NCBI GenBank assembly: GCA_046350815.1
Contig: JAXLZO010000001.1
Span: forward strand, 870,001 to 902,000
Direction of reading: 5' to 3'
Source of the DNA: Candidatus Saccharimonadota bacterium
GTDB lineage: Bacteria; Patescibacteriota; Gracilibacteria; BD1-5; UBA2023
Length of the DNA stretch: 32,000 nt
Shown here piece after piece: positions 30,077-32,000 of the stretch; position 1 is the first letter of the stretch, and each line of letters opens with the position of its first letter. Under the pieces are notes generated by a model, which saw nothing but the letters and a program-made list of their open reading frames with translations, searched no databases and was not told the origin of the DNA. The translations under genes and the position numbers were made by a program.

Positions 30077-30445
30077 TTAGTGAATAGTCACGCCGGAACC
30101 AAGGGGGAATTCAATGGACTCCTCCGAAAAGTTCGGTTGCAATCCAGTTTTCACACAGATTGCTGTCATCACCGTTTCTTCATTTGGACGAAAAATCGGA
30201 ATGAGTGCGACGATACCGTCCAGATCTTGCGTACACAACGATGCAGCTGCCGCGAATACCGCAGCAATGCGATAGTGCGTCTTTGAACGCTTTGCATCCA
30301 GAGATGCTTGAAGCAGGTAGTCCCGTGCACGATCATTGAGATTCCAGGAACGAGCCATGGAATTCACAATCGAACGAACGAGATCTTCACTGCGTTCTTC
30401 CTGGGTTATGCACTCAAGAAGTTGCTCCAGTATGGATTGAGACAT
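30077..30445 (-). CDS. hypothetical protein (122 aa), compositional outlier
   Basis: Intact ORF with ATG 30445 preceded by AGAGGAG and a TAA stop. No TGA. Visibly more GC-rich than its surroundings (about 48% in a hand-counted 100-nt sample). Confidence 0.6.
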   Translation of the reverse strand: MSQSILEQLLECITQEERSEDLVRSIVNSMARSWNLNDRARDYLLQASLDAKRSKTHYRIAAVFAAAASLCTQDLDGIVALIPIFRPNEETVMTAICVKTGLQPNFSEESIEFPLGSGVTIH

Positions 30446-30521
30446 GATTTACTCCTCTTTATTCGTGTCTGTTTCTATATTTTATGTATATTTATATACT
30501 AGTCAATATAATTATATGCTA

Positions 30522-30692
30522 CTATCATGTTTTCTCCTTTCTCTTCTGCCAATCCTTGAATCCGTTTTTGAGACTCTCTGGAGAGTGATATGGGACTCTC
30601 ATATTTTGACGAATTCCTTCGGGAGTGTGGATTACCTGCCCAATATCGATGAGATATTGCATGTAGCTATCCTTGGTTGGATCTGCAATCAT
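30522..30692 (-). CDS. hypothetical small protein (56 aa)
   Basis: ATG 30692; MIADPTKDSYMQYLIDIGQVIHTPEGIRQNMRVPYHSPESLKNGFKDWQKRKEKT; ends TGA-TAG at 30522-30527. Confidence 0.4.
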
Positions 30693-30730
30693 AGAGCTAG
30701 ATTGTTATCACCTTGAAGGCGAGAAATAAA

Positions 30731-30760
30731 AGAAAAATGCCCATCATAAGTAGGCATTTG
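30731..30760 (-). terminator. candidate terminator after the DnaC-like gene
   Basis: The minus strand reads aaatgcc-tacttatgatg-ggcattt followed by ttcttttatttc. Confidence 0.5.
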
Positions 30761-30793
30761 TCGAGTTCGTGAGCGTGGGATGTTGGGATTCGT

Positions 30794-31315
30794 TTACGCA
30801 TGTTTTTGTGTGCTGTAAGTTACGATCTCGGTGCTCGAACGTCGTCGATCTTCTCATCGCATCACAATGACGGTAGCATTATGGAGCACACGAGATACGA
30901 TGCGTTCATTGAGTTTTTCTTTGAGTTCTTTTTCGGTGAGATTGGTGGTGAATATGGTCGGGAGTTTCTTGATCGATCGCTCATCGAGAATATAGGTAAG
31001 ATCTCGGATATATGCATCAGTGACATCGGAAACTCAGATGTCATCGTAGAGAACGAGTGATGAGCGAATGAGCATCTCGAGTGGATACATCTGGATAGAA
31101 CATTGCCATTCATCGGGTTTTCGATGATTCATGAGTCCTGAGGCAATGTATTTTTTGAATTTTGCATCACTGATTTCATACTTGATACTCTCACTGTTGT
31201 ATTTCTCCATGAGCTTCTTGGCAATGTATGTCTTGCCAACCCCTACCGGTCAACAGATCACAAGATTCTTCGAGAAGTCGAAACTCTCAAAAAAATCAGA
31301 AGTAATTTCAGTCAT
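30794..31315 (-). CDS. DnaC/IstB-like AAA+ helicase-loader ATPase
   Basis: 173 aa. Walker A is LVIC-G-PVGVGKTY with the first Gly encoded by TGA 31250-31252. Walker B is LVLYDDI-G-. Sensor region TIFTTN. Frame and ends verified (ATG 31315, TAA 30794-30796). Confidence 0.85.
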
Positions 31316-31323
31316 AGGAAAAA

Positions 31324-31962
31324 TTAGAAGTTGAAATTGTCTCGATCTCTCTCGTGAGATGGTTTTTCTTTTTTTGCGGAACTTTTCTCAAGCCAGTTTT
31401 TTGTAGTAAGAAAAAGAGATTTGTATTTTGTATTTCCCTTATAGTTTTCTATCTGGTCCAAAATCTCATCGATCTGAACTTTTGAAAATCATAGGGTGAT
31501 GAGTTTTTGAAATTCATCCTGCGAAATTGAAAGATGTGCGAATTGCCTATATGTATTAATACTAATATTTATATTAGTATTATTCTTTCTTTCTTTAGTG
31601 GTGGTTATCCGTTGGTTATTTGCTGGTTGCTCGTTTGTTGCTTGGTTGGTTATTTCACCTTGATACAAATCATATTTTTCTATTGTCAGCTTGGTGTAGT
31701 AGCTGGTTGTTTCGCTGGTTATTTCGTTGGTTGATTTTAACCGAGTGAGACACGTGCGAATTTGTTGGTCTGAGAGGCCTGTTTCCTTTGATAATTTGTC
31801 TCGAGAGGTGATAAATTCTCAGCGTTTTATCATTTTTCCTTTCCATTTTTTATCCGCATAATTTGCCTTGAGGAGGATATGGAGAAAGAGTCGCATAGTG
31901 TTAATATCGTCATACCACTCCCACTCAAGCATTTTTCGATGGAGTTTGATATAACCTTCCAT
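31324..31962 (-). CDS. phage replication initiator / DnaD-like replisome organiser
   Basis: 212 aa. MEGYIKLHRKMLEWEWYDDINTMRLFLHILLKANYADKKWKGKMIKR-G-EFITSRDKLSKETGLSDQQIRTCLTRLKSTNEIT is a winged-helix N-domain typical of phage replication proteins. The C-terminal ..SQDEFQKLITL-G-FSKVQIDEILDQIENYKGNTKYKSLFLTTKNWLEK is a DnaD-like motif. TAA at 31324-31326. Confidence 0.8.
31558..31581. repeat. perfect AT-rich palindrome inside the initiator gene
   Basis: aatactaatat-tt-atattagtatt. Confidence 0.85.
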
Positions 31963-32000
31963 ATGCTAAGTATTAGAAATTGGGCGTATCTCGTAACTGG

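Larger units (their letters stand above)
22997..32000. mobile_element. integrated prophage-like element adjacent to/overlapping tRNA-Arg; right end beyond the window
   Basis: A co-directional minus-strand block: serine integrase, SSB, VRR-NUC, small ORFs, lysozyme, DnaC-like loader and DnaD-like initiator. It has different Shine-Dalgarno usage and patches of higher GC than the flanking host genes. No attR was found within the window. Confidence 0.75.

Overview
AT-rich bacterial window that only makes sense if UGA is read as glycine (translation table 25, known from Gracilibacteria/Absconditabacteria of the Candidate Phyla Radiation). The supplied standard-code ORF track is therefore heavily fragmented. 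Nearly every real gene is a chain of track ORFs in one frame, joined by in-frame TGA codons that fall on conserved Gly positions: Walker A loops of FtsE and a DnaC-like ATPase, the MazF G-x-E-x-x-G-x-RP motif, LMGVG of Tgt, DGGSRGNPG of RNase H, and the prepilin cleavage Gly. The decoding tRNA is in the window: a tRNA with anticodon UCA and bacterial tRNA-Gly acceptor identity at 22438-22516, directly upstream of tRNA-Gly(GCC). After re-calling by hand with TGA=Gly, the layout is as follows. (1) 1-10.3 kb: surface protein, pseudopilin, ftsE, Wzx-like flippase, a 1118-aa polytopic membrane protein, a HAMP-PP2C phosphatase and a type IV pilin. (2) 10.3-13.1 kb: an accessory islet with three type II toxin-antitoxin modules (hicBA with an in-frame TAG in hicA, mazEF, RHH-mazF). 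It is bracketed by about 135-bp direct repeats that duplicate a terminator plus the 3' end of the neighbouring MFS transporter gene. (3) 13.1-22.4 kb: housekeeping genes (MFS, SpoU/TrmH methyltransferase, ppa, CYTH, tgt-rnhA-pheS-dnaN operon, Nudix). (4) 22.4-23.1 kb: three tRNAs. (5) 23.0 kb to beyond 32 kb: an integrated prophage-like element, all on the minus strand. It carries a large serine recombinase overlapping tRNA-Arg antisense, SSB, a VRR-NUC nuclease, a gene disrupted by an intact IS1595-family IS with a 7-bp target duplication, a CDF metal exporter, a membrane-anchored GH24 lysozyme with an embedded out-of-frame TM ORF, a DnaC-like loader, and a DnaD-like initiator containing iteron-like repeats. 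Intergenic regions carry a dispersed family of short palindromic (TGTCAT..hairpin..ATCTAC) and G/C-tract hairpin repeats. All calls come from hand translation; no searches were run.
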